Shown here one piece after another: positions 12,759 through 26,900 of a stretch of DNA of 64,000 bases (the first letter of the stretch is position 1; each line of letters begins with the position of its first letter). Location of the stretch: positions 27,091,648-27,155,647 of the forward strand of contig NC_092673.1 of NCBI RefSeq assembly GCF_964355755.1. The letters run 5' to 3'. Both the position numbers and the translations under genes were made by a program. The notes beneath the pieces are model-generated. The model did no database searches and had not been told where the DNA came from. It was given only the letters and a program-made list of their open reading frames with translations. The stretch comes from Antedon mediterranea (lineage: Eukaryota; Animalia; Echinodermata).

Positions 12759-15700
12759 ATGGCGGAATCACTAAAAAAACATGAAACCTGTTTCAATGGA
12801 GTTGTAGCTTGTTTGGTACGGGGTATCGCCGATAACTGTTCTAAAGACGCCTTGCGTACATCTACGAACTCAGTTGTTGATATGAAAAACGCCCACACGC
12901 AAAATGAGGAGTATTTGAAGTTAATGAGAAAATTAGATTTGGAGATACATGAGGTTCCTGTAGATCATAACCTGCCTGACTGTTGTTTCATCGAAGATAC
13001 TGCCGTAGTTCAGGCAGGAGTGGCGTTTATATGTCGGCCAGCTATGGAAAGTCGTAGACCTGAGGTACATTAATTAATTTTAGAAAAATAACCACCTTTC
13101 TTAGAGCCATCAATGTCTCCTAAACAGGGGTCATATGCACAAACATTCCCCTATTCTACTAGAGGTCATCCATATGAACTTGTCAAGAAAAAGTCAAGTA
13201 CAACATCCCGTTATTCTTTCTTTGACTCACGAATTGTGAGTCTATGGAAAACTCTACCTAATTATGTTGTACTTGCATATCAGTCGACACATTCAAAAAC
13301 TACTATGACACTGACAGACACATAACAAACACTAAGAGAAGAGGCAACCCTTACGAGTAAGTCACTGCCTTTTTAACATCACTAAGGTAAGCATCACCTA
13401 GCACACATATCTGGCATTTGCCAGGCGATATGACGGTTGTATCATATACAGTAGTACAAAAGCGAAATGTAAAATAATGGTTCCAGTGTTCTCCCAAAAT
13501 AGAAATCAATTCCAGAACAATTTAGTACCAAATGATTGATATATAAAGATAATAGTCAAATAATATTGTAATATCCAATTGACAAAATATAACCTTACAT
13601 TACTCTTGGTCTATGGTTTGAATGGCTAGGCCTAACCTACTAGATAAGTGTTTATTGTATGCATAATTTTCTTACACCATTTTTATTATTGGTTGGAGCC
13701 AATTTATTCCGGCAAATGTTGCTGGAAAAACCTACATGGAATATATCCTTTTTCATTGTAATTATTTTTTTAATTTAGGAGGCTCGGGTCGTCTAGGCCA
13801 TCTTTTAGATATGCTTGGAAGGATTACCTAAACATTTTTTTTTCATTATGATACCATCATGCATCATGGCTTTTCTGGTTTTGTGAATGCTGTTTGACAG
13901 TCATGTATTATTTCATTATAGTTAAGTGAAGTGATTAAAGTACTTAAAAGTTCCCTAGGAGTGAAAATTGTTGAGATCAACGATGATGATGCCATAATAG
14001 AAGGAGGAGATGTTCTCTTTACCGGTAAGTTTAAATAATTTGATAATACATAGTTTACAATTAAGTTGAATAGCAATACATAGAACACAAATAGGAGTTA
14101 ATAGTTTCCGGTTTTGTTTTTAAGGAAGAGAATTTTTTGTTGGTTTGACATCTCGAACGAACATGGCAGGTATTAATCAACTAAGCATGGCATTCCCAGA
14201 CTATAGAGTGACACCGATTGAAATGAGTAACGATTATCTGCATCTGAAGTCTTGCACAACGATGGCAGGACCAGACGTAGTGGTCATTGCAAACAGTAAA
14301 GATGGTATTAGTGTTAAAAAGGTAAGGGCATTTTGTATGCTCAGTATGTTATTTTACATACAATACAGTTCATTGACAATGATCATGCTCACTGATCATG
14401 ATAAAGCCACTTATTGGGTAGGTTCACATTCATCATGCTCACTGATCATGATAAAGTCACTTATTGGGTAGGTTCACATTCATCATGCTCACTGATCATG
14501 ATAAAGTCACTTATTGGGTAGGTTCACATTCATCATGCTCACTGATCATGATAAAGTCACTAATTGGGTAGGTTCACATTCATCCTGCTCACTGATCATG
14601 ATAAAGTCACTTATTGGGTAGGTTCACATTCATCATGCTCACTGATCATGATAAAGTCACTTATTGGGTAGGTTCACATTCATCATGCTCACTGATCATG
14701 ATAAAGTCACTTATTGGGTAGGTTCACATTCATCATGCTCACTGATCAGGATAAAGTCACTTATTGGGTAGGTTCACATTCATCATGCTCACTGATCATG
14801 ATAAAGTCACTTATTGGGTAGGTTCACATTCATCATGCTCACTGATCATGATAAAGTCACTTATTGGGTACGTTCACATTCATCATGCTCACTGATCATG
14901 ATAAAGTCACTTATTGGGTAGGTTCACATTCATCATGCTCACTGATCATGATAAAGTCACTTATTGGGTAGGTTCACATTCATCATGCTTACTGATCATG
15001 ATAAAGTCACTTATTGGGTAGGTTCACATTCATCATGCTCACTGATCATGATAAAGTCACTTATTGGGTAGGTTCACATTCATCATGCTCACTGATCATG
15101 ATAAAGTCACTTATTGGGTAGGTTCACATTCATCATGCTCACTGATCATGATAAAGTCACTTATTGGGTAGGTTCACATTCATCATGCTCACTGATCATG
15201 ATAAAGTCACTTATTGGGTAGGTTCACATTCATCATGCTCACTGATCATGATAAAGTCACTTATTGGGTAGGTTCACATTCATCATGCTCACTGATCATG
15301 ATAAAGTCACTTTGGGTAGGTTCACATTCATCATGCTCACTGATCATGATAAAGTCACTTATTGGGTAGGTTCATATTCATCATTGATCATGCTTACTGA
15401 GCATGATCAAGCTACTCATTAGGTAGGTTCACATTCATCATGATTACTGGTCATGATTAAGCCACTTAATAGATAGGTTCACTTTCACCATTGATCATGC
15501 TTACTGATCATGATCTAGCTACTTATTAGGTAGGTTCACATTCATCATGATCAAGCCACTTATTAGATAGGTTCACATTCACTGTTGACCATGATCTTTA
15601 GGCACGTTCACATTCATTAGTTATCGGGCTTCCACTTGATTAAGTCGGTCATACTGTAAGATGTTATTTGTATGTAATGTATTATTTTACATACATTTTT

Positions 15701-16870
15701 TTATAATTTTTTATATTAAGGAAAATGATATGAATGATATTACAGGCCAGGCTTGGTAACAAGGCCATATACATCGCTGCAGTCGCATGCTAAAGTTAGT
15801 GTTTACCGACCAAACGACCAACATAGTGTGGTTTTAGAATTGTTTACTATAGTTGAAAAAATATAATTGATTTTTGACAGCAAATGATGGAAAAGGCTGT
15901 GCATGTATATAGATATTTAACCATACCGGATGCCAAAGCCGCTAACTGTTTGTACATAAATGGCACCTTAATACACTGCTCTCAAGATGAATATCCAGAA
16001 AGTTATAAGGTAAATCATTATTATTAAATAAGTTCATTTGGATCTGACACAGACATAGCATGTGATACAGTTTCTTAGAATGTGCCCATGATACAGTGCT
16101 AAAAAATCGGCTTATAAGTAGCATAGCCAATTGATTGATTAATTAAATGCTCTTTATTAAAGTTATTTTATTAGTGTTGTTTGAAGAGGGCCCTTGAATG
16201 TCAGTTAACCGACTGGGCTAAAGTGGAAGATGTTTGAAATAAAAAAATAATAATAATAATAATGTTAACATAATGTTAATGTTAACATGTTGATGAAGCA
16301 CTAGTTAAGTTAATTTGAGGTAAATACAGTGTGTTAATAAAATTGCACTTTCAACTTTTCTTTTTAATTGCTAGTATTGTTAGGCGCTCTGTTCTTTGTA
16401 GGGCGTAGTGTGTAAACATTTTTGACATAATTTCATTAAACATCCACATACAGTACAACTCTTCTTAACAATATTTTTAATCTTCTATCAACTAAAAGTC
16501 GTAGTTAGTCATGTCTCGGGTCACATTCTATGGTCACCATACAGATAGGCTACTACATCAGTACTTCTATGAATGGATGACTAGTTGGTGACAAGAACGC
16601 TAGTTGGTCATACCCAGTACCGTTTTGATTTTACGATCATTCGGGAAACCACCTCACCTATAGAATAGAATACAATGTTTTTACTTTCAGGTATTATGTA
16701 TTTTAAGATAAGAATGACTAAATATTTATATTTTATTTTTTAAGGTTTACCAAAAGGAATTCCCAGATTGTCCCAAGTTGACGCTGCCTAATTCGGAGTT
16801 TGAGAAAATTGATGGAGCATTTACTTGCCGGTCTATCTTAATATCTTCTGATTGTTCATTGTTATCCTAA
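12759..16870 (+). CDS. DDAH1: N(G),N(G)-dimethylarginine dimethylaminohydrolase (DDAH1-like), 5 coding exons, 286 aa
   Basis: Exons 12759-13064, 13922-14024, 14125-14321, 15881-16009, 16745-16870, all GT-AG with matching phases. Motifs [59 protein letters not shown] and GAFTCRS (catalytic Cys). Confidence 0.95.
13113..13395 (+). mobile_element. 3' fragment of a CR1/L2-clade LINE in DDAH intron 1
   Basis: Translation STRGHPYELVKKKS...RYSFFDSRIVSLWKTLPNYVVLA matches the TRGH...R..FFS.RVV..WN.LP..VV.A motif at the C-terminus of CR1-type ORF2. It then degenerates into a short 3' tail. Confidence 0.7.
14381..15620. repeat. 50-bp minisatellite in DDAH intron 3 (~20 near-perfect copies, then a degenerate tail)
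   Basis: Unit CATCATGCTCACTGATCATGATAAAGTCACTTATTGGGTAGGTTCACATT. Confidence 0.97.
15758..15842 (+). mobile_element. Short Helentron/DINE-like element fragment
   Basis: AACAAGGCCATATACATCGCTGCAGTCGCATGC...ACCGACCAAACGACCAACATAGTG; related to the copy at 29126-29219. Confidence 0.5.
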
Positions 16871-16894
16871 TAATAAATAATATTTTCAGTCTCA

Positions 16895-16934
16895 CTCCTG
16901 TGGACGATCAAAGCATATTGATCGAAACGTCGAG
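16895..16934 (+). ncRNA. Penelope-type minimal hammerhead ribozyme-like motif (core variant), part of a Penelope-like element (PLE) remnant at ~16885-17025
   Basis: CTC-CTGTGGA-C-GATCAA-AGCATA-TTGATC-GAAA-C-GTC-GAG gives a short stem I (CTC/GAG), a CUGANGA box with A6>U, stem II, GAAA, a palindromic ACGT in place of stem III and a GUC cleavage triplet. A second hairpin GTTCTTTTCAGAAC follows. Confidence 0.6.
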
Positions 16935-17939
16935 AAACTCGGAACAGTTCTTTTCAGAACTAATATTATACGTGGTGTACCGCAAACTTTATATCAACAT
17001 TTGATTTCGCCAGCAAACCGTCAAACAATAAATAAAATAATAGTCATCATATCATCGGTATCCTAGCCATTTGATTGGTTAATACATATCACATGCCGTT
17101 CATTATTAGCTCTACTGAACGGAAAAGGTGATGATAATGGTTACTGTATATGAATGTTTCATCTACAGTGGTTTACATCTGACATTTGTCTTGGTTGGCC
17201 ATTTTGAATGGTTAAACCTAGCCTCCTGTCAAAAACATGAAAAATGAAGATTAATTAAATCAGACTTTGAATAGGGTATTTTGTAGTTTTAATCAAGTTA
17301 ATCACTTTCGTAAATTGACTAAATTAATGGTTAAAATTCAACCAAAAATCCATTGGCTGGCAGCCAATTTGACTATTTTTTGCTTTAAATTACATTTTTT
17401 TCAGGTAAATATATTTTTTTTTAAATCTAATTTTTGGTCAATGTGGATAACTATTATATAACATTAAAATGGCATATTCAACAGAAAAAATTGTAATAAT
17501 TATTTTTAATACATCTTTAAATTTGTGGAAGGTAAATTAGCGATTGATTCAATGGTTATTTAGCTAGGCACGAAGAGAATAATTTTCACACTCCAATGAA
17601 CACAAAAGCTGTATTTTAGTGATAAGAAGAATTAAAACAACTCAACATGGGAGTTACCCCGGTGTATTAGTACATCACAGCCACTGACCACCAACTGGGC
17701 CCTCTGGGAGACCAGTCTTTGACTGAAGAGGTTACCCAGTATAAATATATATTTCAATCAATTAATCATGCCAAATTAAATTCAATAATTATCCGATAAT
17801 ATTGCCATATATGCGCATATATTTTGTTATCATAATCTGATAGAGCCATAGTAACCAGTTATGTCAAAAAATAAATGAATCGAAATTTGGCCATTTTTCA
17901 AAAATTCCCTCGGGGATGTCAAATCTTATATTTAACCTC

Positions 17940-20900
17940 TAAGCAGTCAATATCTGTAAAATAGTAACCATTTGTGTCAAATAATAAAAGGGTCGAAAAT
18001 TGGCAATTTTTCGACCTTTTTATTTTTCGATAAAACTGGTTACTATAGCACAATTGACAATCGCAGAGCGCATTAATCGACACTGCGCATGTTTATTATG
18101 CTATAGTAACCATTTATGTCAAAAGTGGTTACTATAGCACAGTAGACATGCGCAGAACCCATTATTCGTCTCTGCGCATGTTCATTATGCTATAGTAACC
18201 ATTTATGTCAAAAGTGGTTACTATAGCACAATAGACATGCACAGAACCCATTATTCGTCTCTGCGCATGTTCATTATGCTATAGTAACCATTTGTGTCAA
18301 ATAATAGAAGGGTCGAAAATCGGCAATTTTTTGAAAATTTCCCTGTACTATAGTAGGCCTACAGGGATTTTTTCCAAAAATGGCCGATTTTCGATCTTTT
18401 TATTTTTCGATAAAACTGGTTACTATAGCACAATTGACATGCGCAGAACCCATTATTCGTCTCTGCGCATGTTTATTATGCTATAGTAACAATTTGTGTC
18501 AAATAATAAAAGGGTCGAAAATCAGCTATTTTTCGAAAATTTTCCTGTACTATAGTACAGGGATTTTTTCAAAAAATTGCCGATTTTCGACCTTTTTATT
18601 TTTCGATAAAACTGGTTACTATAGCACAATTGACATGCGCAGAACTCATTATTCGACTCTGTGCATGTTTATTATGCTATAGTAACCATTTATGTCAAAT
18701 GTAGTTACTATAGCACAATTGACATGCGCAGAACCCATTGTTCGTCTCTGCGCATGTTTATTATGCTATAGTAACAATTTGTGTCAAATAATAAAAGGGT
18801 CGAAAATCAGCTATTTTTCGAAAATTTTCCTGTACTATAGTACAGGGATTTTTTCAAAAAATTGCCGATTTTCGACCTTTTTATTTTTCGATAAAACTGG
18901 TTACTATAGCACAATTGACATGCGCAGAGCGCATTAATCGAAACTGCGCATGTTTATTATGCTATAGTAACCATTTATGTCAAAAGTTGTTACTATAGCA
19001 CAATTGACATGCGCAGAACCCATTATTCGTCTCTGCGCATGTTTATTATGCTATAGTAACCATATAACAAAAGGGTCGAAAATTGGCCATTTTTCAAAAA
19101 TTTCCATGTACTAATAGTACAGGGATTTTTTCCAAAAATTGCCAATTTTCGACCTTTTTATTTTTCGATAAAACTGGTTACTATAGCACAATTGACATGC
19201 GCAGAGCGCATTAATCGACACTGCGCATGTTTATTATGCTATAGTAACCATTTATGTCAAAAGTGGTTACTATAGCACAATTGACATGTGCAGAACCCAT
19301 TATTCGTCTCTGCGCATGTTTATTATGCTATAGTAACCATTTGTGTCAATGAACAAAAGGGTCGAAAATCGGCCGTTTTTCGAAAATTTCCCTGTACTAA
19401 TAGTACAGGGATTTTTTCAAAAAATGGCAGATTTTCGACCTTTTTATTTTTCGATAAAACTGGTTACTATAGCACAATTGGCATGCGCAGAACTCATTAT
19501 TCCACTCTGCGCATGTTTATTATGCTATAGTAACCATTTATGTCAAAAGTAGTTACTATAGCACAATTGACATGCGCAGAACCCATTATTCGTCTCTGCG
19601 CATGTTTATTATGCTATAGTAACCATTTTTTTCAAATAATAAAAGGGTCGAAAATCGGCTATTTTTTGAAAATTTTCCTATACTATAGTACAGGGATTTT
19701 TTTTTTAAAAATGCCAATTTTCGACCTTTTTATTTTTCGATACAACTGGTTACTATAGCACAATTGACATGCCCAGAACTCATTATTCGACTCTGTGCAT
19801 GTTTATTATGCTATAGTAACCATTTATGTCAAAAGTAGTTACTATAGCACAATTGACATGCGCAGAACCCATTATTCGTCTCTGCGCATGTTTATTATGC
19901 TATAGTAACTATTTGTGTCAAATAATAAAAGGGTCGAAAATCAGCTATTTTTCGAAAATTTTCCTGTACAGGAATTTTTGTCAAAAAATGGCCGATTTTC
20001 GATCTTTTGATTTTTCGATAAAACTGGTTACTATAGCACAATTGACATGCGCAGAACTCATTATTCGACTCTGTGCATGTTTATTATGCTATAGTAACCA
20101 TTTATGTCAAATGTAGTTACTATAGCACAATTGACATGCGCAGAACCCATTGTTCGTCTCTGCGCATGTTTATTATGCTATAGTAACAATTTGTGTCAAA
20201 TAATAAAAGGGTCGAAAATCAGCTATTTTTCGAAAATTTTCCTGTACTATAGTACAGGGATTTTTTCAAAAAATTGCCGATTTTCGACCTTTTTATTTTT
20301 CGATAAAACTGGTTACTATAGCACAATTGACATGCGCAGAGCGCATTAATCGAAACTGCGCATGTTTATTATGCTATAGTAACCATTTATGTCAAAAGTT
20401 GTTACTATAGCACAATTGACATGCGCAGAACCCATTATTCGTCTCTGCGCATGTTTATTATGCTATAGTAACCATATAACAAAAGGGTCGAAAATTGGCC
20501 ATTTTTCAAAAATTTCCATGTACTAATAGTACAGGGATTTTTTCCAAAAATTGCCAATTTTCGACCTTTTTATTTTTCGATAAAACTGGTTACTATAGCA
20601 CAATTGACATGCGCAGAGCGCATTAATCGACACTGCGCATGTTTATTATGCTATAGTAACCATTTATGTCAAAAGTGGTTACTATAGCACAATTGACATG
20701 TGCAGAACCCATTATTCGTCTCTGCGCATGTTTATTATGCTATAGTAACCATTTGTGTCAATGAACAAAAGGGTCGAAAATCGGCCGTTTTTCGAAAATT
20801 TCCCTGTACTAATAGTACAGGGATTTTTTCAAAAAATGGCAGATTTTCGACCTTTTTATTTTTCGATAAAACTGGTTACTATAGCACAATTGGCATGCGC

Positions 20901-23900
20901 AGAACTCATTATTCCACTCTGCGCATGTTTATTATGCTATAGTAACCATTTATGTCAAAAGTAGTTACTATAGCACAATTGACATGCGCAGAACCCATTA
21001 TTCGTCTCTGCGCATGTTTATTATGCTATAGTAACCATTTTTTTCAAATAATAAAAGGGTCGAAAATCGGCTATTTTTTGAAAATTTTCCTATACTATAG
21101 TACAGGGATTTTTTTTTTAAAAATGCCAATTTTCGACCTTTTTATTTTTCGATACAACTGGTTACTATAGCACAATTGACATGCCCAGAACTCATTATTC
21201 GACTCTGTGCATGTTTATTATGCTATAGTAACCATTTATGTCAAAAGTAGTTACTATAGCACAATTGACATGCGCAGAACCCATTATTCGTCTCTGCGCA
21301 TGTTTATTATGCTATAGTAACTATTTGTGTCAAATAATAAAAGGGTCGAAAATCAGCTATTTTTCGAAAATTTTCCTGTACAGGAATTTTTGTCAAAAAA
21401 TGGCCGATTTTCGATCTTTTGATTTTTCGATAAAACTGGTTACTATAGCACAATTGACATGCGCAGAACTCATTATTCGACACTGCGCATGTTTATTATG
21501 CTATAGTAACCATTTACTCGCATGTTTATTATGCTATAGTAACCATTTGTGTCAAATAACAAAAGGGTCGAAAATCGGCCATTTTTCGAAAATTTCCCTG
21601 TACTATAGTACAGGGATTTTTTCCAAAAATGGCCGATTTTCGATCTTTTTATTTTTCGATAAAACTGGTTACTATAGCACAATTGACATGCGCAGAACCC
21701 ATTATTCGACACTGCGCATGTTTATTATGCTATAGTAACCATTTATGTCAAAAGTGGTTACTATAGCACAATTGACATGCGCAGAACCCATTATTCGTCT
21801 CGCATGTTATGCTATAGTAACCATTTGTGTCAAATAACAAAAGGGTCGAAAATCGGTCATTTTTCGAAAATTTCCTTGTACTATAGTACAGGGAGTTTTT
21901 CAAAAAATTGCCGATTTTCGACCTTTTTATTTTTCGATAAAACTGGTTACTATAGCACAATTGACATGCGCAGAACTCATTATTCGACTCTGTGCATGTT
22001 TATTATGCTATAGTAACCATTTATGTCAAATGTAGTTACTATAGCACAATTGACATGCGCAGAACCCATTGTTCGTCTCTGCGCATGTTTATTATGCTAT
22101 AGTAACAATTTGTGTCAAATAATAAAAGGGTCGAAAATCAGCTATTTTTCGAAAATTTTCCTTTTTCAAAAAATTGCCGATTTTCGACCTTTTGATTTTT
22201 CGATAAAACTGGTTACTATAGCACAATTGACATGCGCAGAGCGCATTAATCGAAACTGCGCATGTTTATTATGCTATAGTAACCATTTATGTCAAAAGTT
22301 GTTACTATAGCACAATTGACATGCGCAGAACCCATTATTCGTCTCTGCGCATGTTTATTATGCTATAGTAACCATATAACAAAAGGGTCGAAAATTGGCC
22401 ATTTTTCAAAAATTTCTATTTACTGGTACAGGGATTTTTTCCAAAAATTGCCAATTTTCGACCTTTTTATTTTTCGATAAAACTGGTTACTATAGCACAA
22501 TTGACATGCGCAGAGCGCATTAATCGACACTGCGCATGTTTATTATGCTATAGTAACCATTTATGTCAAAAGTGGTTACTATAGCACAATTGACATGTGC
22601 AGAACCCATTATTCGTCTCTGCGCATGTTTATTATGCTATAGTAACCATTTGTGTCAAATAACAAAAGGGTAGAAAATCGGCTATTTTTCGAAAATTTCC
22701 CTGTACTAATAGTACAGGGATTTTTTCAAAAAATGGCAGATTTTCGACCTTTTTATTTTTCGATAAAACTGGTTACTATAGCACAATTGGCATGCGCAAA
22801 ACTCATTATTCCACTCTGCGCATGTTTATTATGCTATAGTAACCATTTATGTCAAAAGTAGTTACTATAGCACAATTGACATGCGCAGAACCCATTATTC
22901 GTCTCTGCGCATGTTTATTATGCTATAGTAACCATTTTTTTCAAATAATAAAAGGGTCGAAAATCGGCTATTTTTCGAAAATTTTCTTATACTATAGTAC
23001 AGGGATTTTTTTTAAAAAAATGCCAATTTTCGACCTTTTTATTTTTCGATACAACTGGTTACTATAGAACAATTGACATGCCCAGAACTCATTATTCGAC
23101 TCTGTGCATGTTTATTATGCTATAGTAACCATTTATGTCAAAAGTAGTTACTATAGCACAATTGACATGCGCAGAACCCATTATTCGTCTCTGCGCATGT
23201 TTATTATGCTATAGTAACTATTTGTGTCAAATAATAAAAGGGTCGAAAATCAGCTATTTTTCGAAAATTTTCCTGTACAGGGATTTTTGTCAAAAAATGG
23301 CCGATTTTCGATCTTTTGATTTTTCGATAAAACTGGTTACTATAGCACAATTGACATGCGCAGAACTCATTATTCGACACTGCGCATGTTTATTATGCTA
23401 TAGTAACCATTTACTCGCATGTTTATTATGCTATAGTAACCATTTGTGTCAAATAACAAAAGGGTCGAAAATCGGCCATTTTTCGAAAATTTCCCTGTAC
23501 TGTAGTACAGGGATTTTTTCAAAAAATTGCCGATTTTCGACCTTTTTATTTTTCGATAAAACTGGTTACTATAGCACAATTGACATGCGCAGAACTCATT
23601 ATTCGACTCTGCGCATGTTTATTATGCTATAGTAACCATTTATGTCAAAAGTAGTTACTATAGCATAATGAACATGCGCAGAACCCATTGTTCGTCTCTG
23701 CGCATGTTTATTATGCTATAGTAACACTTTTTGTCAAATAATAAAAGGGTCGAAAATAAGCAATTTTTCGAAAATTTTCCTGTACTATAGTACAGGGATT
23801 TTTTCAAAAAATTGCCAATTTTCGAACTTTTGATTTTTCGATAAAACTGGTTACTATAGCACAATTGACATGCGCAGAACTCATTATTCGACACTGCGCA

Positions 23901-26900
23901 TGTTTATTATGCTATAGTAACCATTTATGTCAAAAGTGGTTACTATAGCACAATTGACATGCGCAGAACACATTATTTGTCTCTGCGCATGTTTATTATG
24001 CTATAGTAACCATTTGTGTCAAATAACAAAAGGGTCGAAAATCGGCCGTTTTTCGAAAATTTCCCTGTACAATAGTACAGGGATTTTATTATGCTATAGT
24101 AACTATTTGTGTCAAATAATAAAAGGGTCGAAAATCAGCTATTTTTCGAAAATTTTCCTGTACTATAGTACAGGGATTTTTTCAAAAAATGGCCGATTTT
24201 CGATCTTTTTATTTTTCGATAAAACTGGTTACTATAGCACAATTGGCATGCGCAGAACTCATTATTCCACTCTGCGCATGTTTATTATGCTATAGTAACC
24301 ATTTATGTCAAAAGTAGTTACTATAGCACAATTAACATGCGCAGAACCCATTGTTCGTCTCTGCGCATGTTTATTATGCTATAGTAACAATTTGTGTCAA
24401 ATAATAAAAGGGTCGAAAATCAGCTATTTTTCGAAAATTTTCCTTTTTCAAAAAATTGCCGATTTTCGACCTTTTGATTTTTCGATAAAACTGGTTACTA
24501 TAGCACAATTGACATGCGCAGAGCGCATTAATCGAAACTGCGCATGTTTATTATGCTATAGTAACCATTTATGTCAAAAGTTGTTACTATAGCACAATTG
24601 ACATGCGCAGAACCCATTATTCGTCTCTGCGCATGTTTATTATGCTATAGTAACCATATAACAAAAGGGTCGAAAATTGGCCATTTTTCAAAAATTTCTA
24701 TGTACTGGTACAGGGATTTTTTCCAAAAATTGCCAATTTTCGACCTTTTTATTTTTCGATAAAACTGGTTACTATAGCACAATTGACATGCGCAGAGCGC
24801 ATTAATCGACACTGCGCATGTTTATTATGCTATAGTAACCATTTATGTCAAAAGTGGTTACTATAGCACAATTGACATGTGCAGAACCCATTATTCGTCT
24901 CTGCGCATGTTTATTATGCTATAGTAACCATTTGTGTCAAATAACAAAAGGGTAGAAAATCGGCTATTTTTCGAAAATTTCCCTGTACTAATAGTACAGG
25001 GATTTTTTCAAAAAATGGCAGATTTTCGACCTTTTTATTTTTCGATAAAACTGGTTACTATAGCACAATTGGCATGCGCAAAACTCATTATTCCACTCTG
25101 CGCATGTTTATTATGCTATAGTAACCATTTATGTCAAAAGTAGTTACTATAGCACAATTGACATGCGCAGAACCCATTATTCGTCTCTGCGCATGTTTAT
25201 TATGCTATAGTAACCATTTTTTTCAAATAATAAAAGGGTCGAAAATCGGCTATTTTTCGAAAATTTTCTTATACTATAGTACAGGGATTTTTTTTAAAAA
25301 AATGCCAATTTTCGACCTTTTTATTTTTCGATACAACTGGTTACTATAGAACAATTGACATGCCCAGAACTCATTATTCGACTCTGTGCATGTTTATTAT
25401 GCTATAGTAACCATTTATGTCAAAAGTAGTTACTATAGCACAATTGACATGCGCAGAACCCATTATTCGTCTCTGCGCATGTTTATTATGCTATAGTAAC
25501 TATTTGTGTCAAATAATAAAAGGGTCGAAAATCAGCTATTTTTCGAAAATTTTCCTGTACAGGGATTTTTGTCAAAAAATGGCCGATTTTCGATCTTTTG
25601 ATTTTTCGATAAAACTGGTTACTATAGCACAATTGACATGCGCAGAACTCATTATTCGACACTGCGCATGTTTATTATGCTATAGTAACCATTTACTCGC
25701 ATGTTTATTATGCTATAGTAACCATTTGTGTCAAATAACAAAAGGGTCGAAAATCGGCCATTTTTCGAAAATTTCCCTGTACTGTAGTACAGGGATTTTT
25801 TCAAAAAATTGCCGATTTTCGACCTTTTTATTTTTCGATAAAACTGGTTACTATAGCACAATTGACATGCGCAGAACTCATTATTCGACTCTGCGCATGT
25901 TTATTATGCTATAGTAACCATTTATGTCAAAAGTAGTTACTATAGCATAATGAACATGCGCAGAACCCATTGTTCGTCTCTGCGCATGTTTATTATGCTA
26001 TAGTAACACTTTTTGTCAAATAATAAAAGGGTCGAAAATAAGCAATTTTTCGAAAATTTTCCTGTACTATAGTACAGGGATTTTTTCAAAAAATTGCCAA
26101 TTTTCGAACTTTTGATTTTTCGATAAAACTGGTTACTATAGCACAATTGACATGCGCAGAACTCATTATTCGACACTGCGCATGTTTATTATGCTATAGT
26201 AACCATTTATGTCAAAAGTGGTTACTATAGCACAATTGACATGCGCAGAACACATTATTTGTCTCTGCGCATGTTTATTATGCTATAGTAACCATTTGTG
26301 TCAAATAACAAAAGGGTCGAAAATCGGCCGTTTTTCGAAAATTTCCCTGTACAATAGTACAGGGATTTTATTATGCTATAGTAACTATTTGTGTCAAATA
26401 ATAAAAGGGTCGAAAATCAGCTATTTTTCGAAAATTTTCCTGTACTATAGTACAGGGATTTTTTCAAAAAATGGCCGATTTTCGATCTTTTTATTTTTCG
26501 ATAAAACTGGTTACTATAGCACAATTGGCATGCGCAGAACTCATTATTCCACTCTGCGCATGTTTATTATGCTATAGTAACCATTTATGTCAAAAGTAGT
26601 TACTATAGCACAATTAACATGCGCAGAACCCATTGTTCGTCTCTGCGCATGTTTATTATGCTATAGTAACAATTTTTGTCAAATAATAAAAGGGTCGAAA
26701 ATCAGCCATTTTTCGAAAATTTCCCTGTACTATATATAGTACAGGGATTTTTTCAAAAAATTGCCGATTTTTGACCTTTTTATTTTTCGATAAAACTGGT
26801 TACTATAGCACAATTGACATGCGCAGAACTCATTATTCGACTCTGCGCATGTTTATTATGCTATAGTAACCATTTATGTCAAAAGTAGTTACTATAGCAC

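Noticed and set aside
14381-15385. CTGA / ATGAT motifs suggesting tandem box C/D snoRNAs
   Set aside because: No proper RTGATGA box C, no terminal stems and no distinct guide sequences; it is a homogeneous minisatellite.
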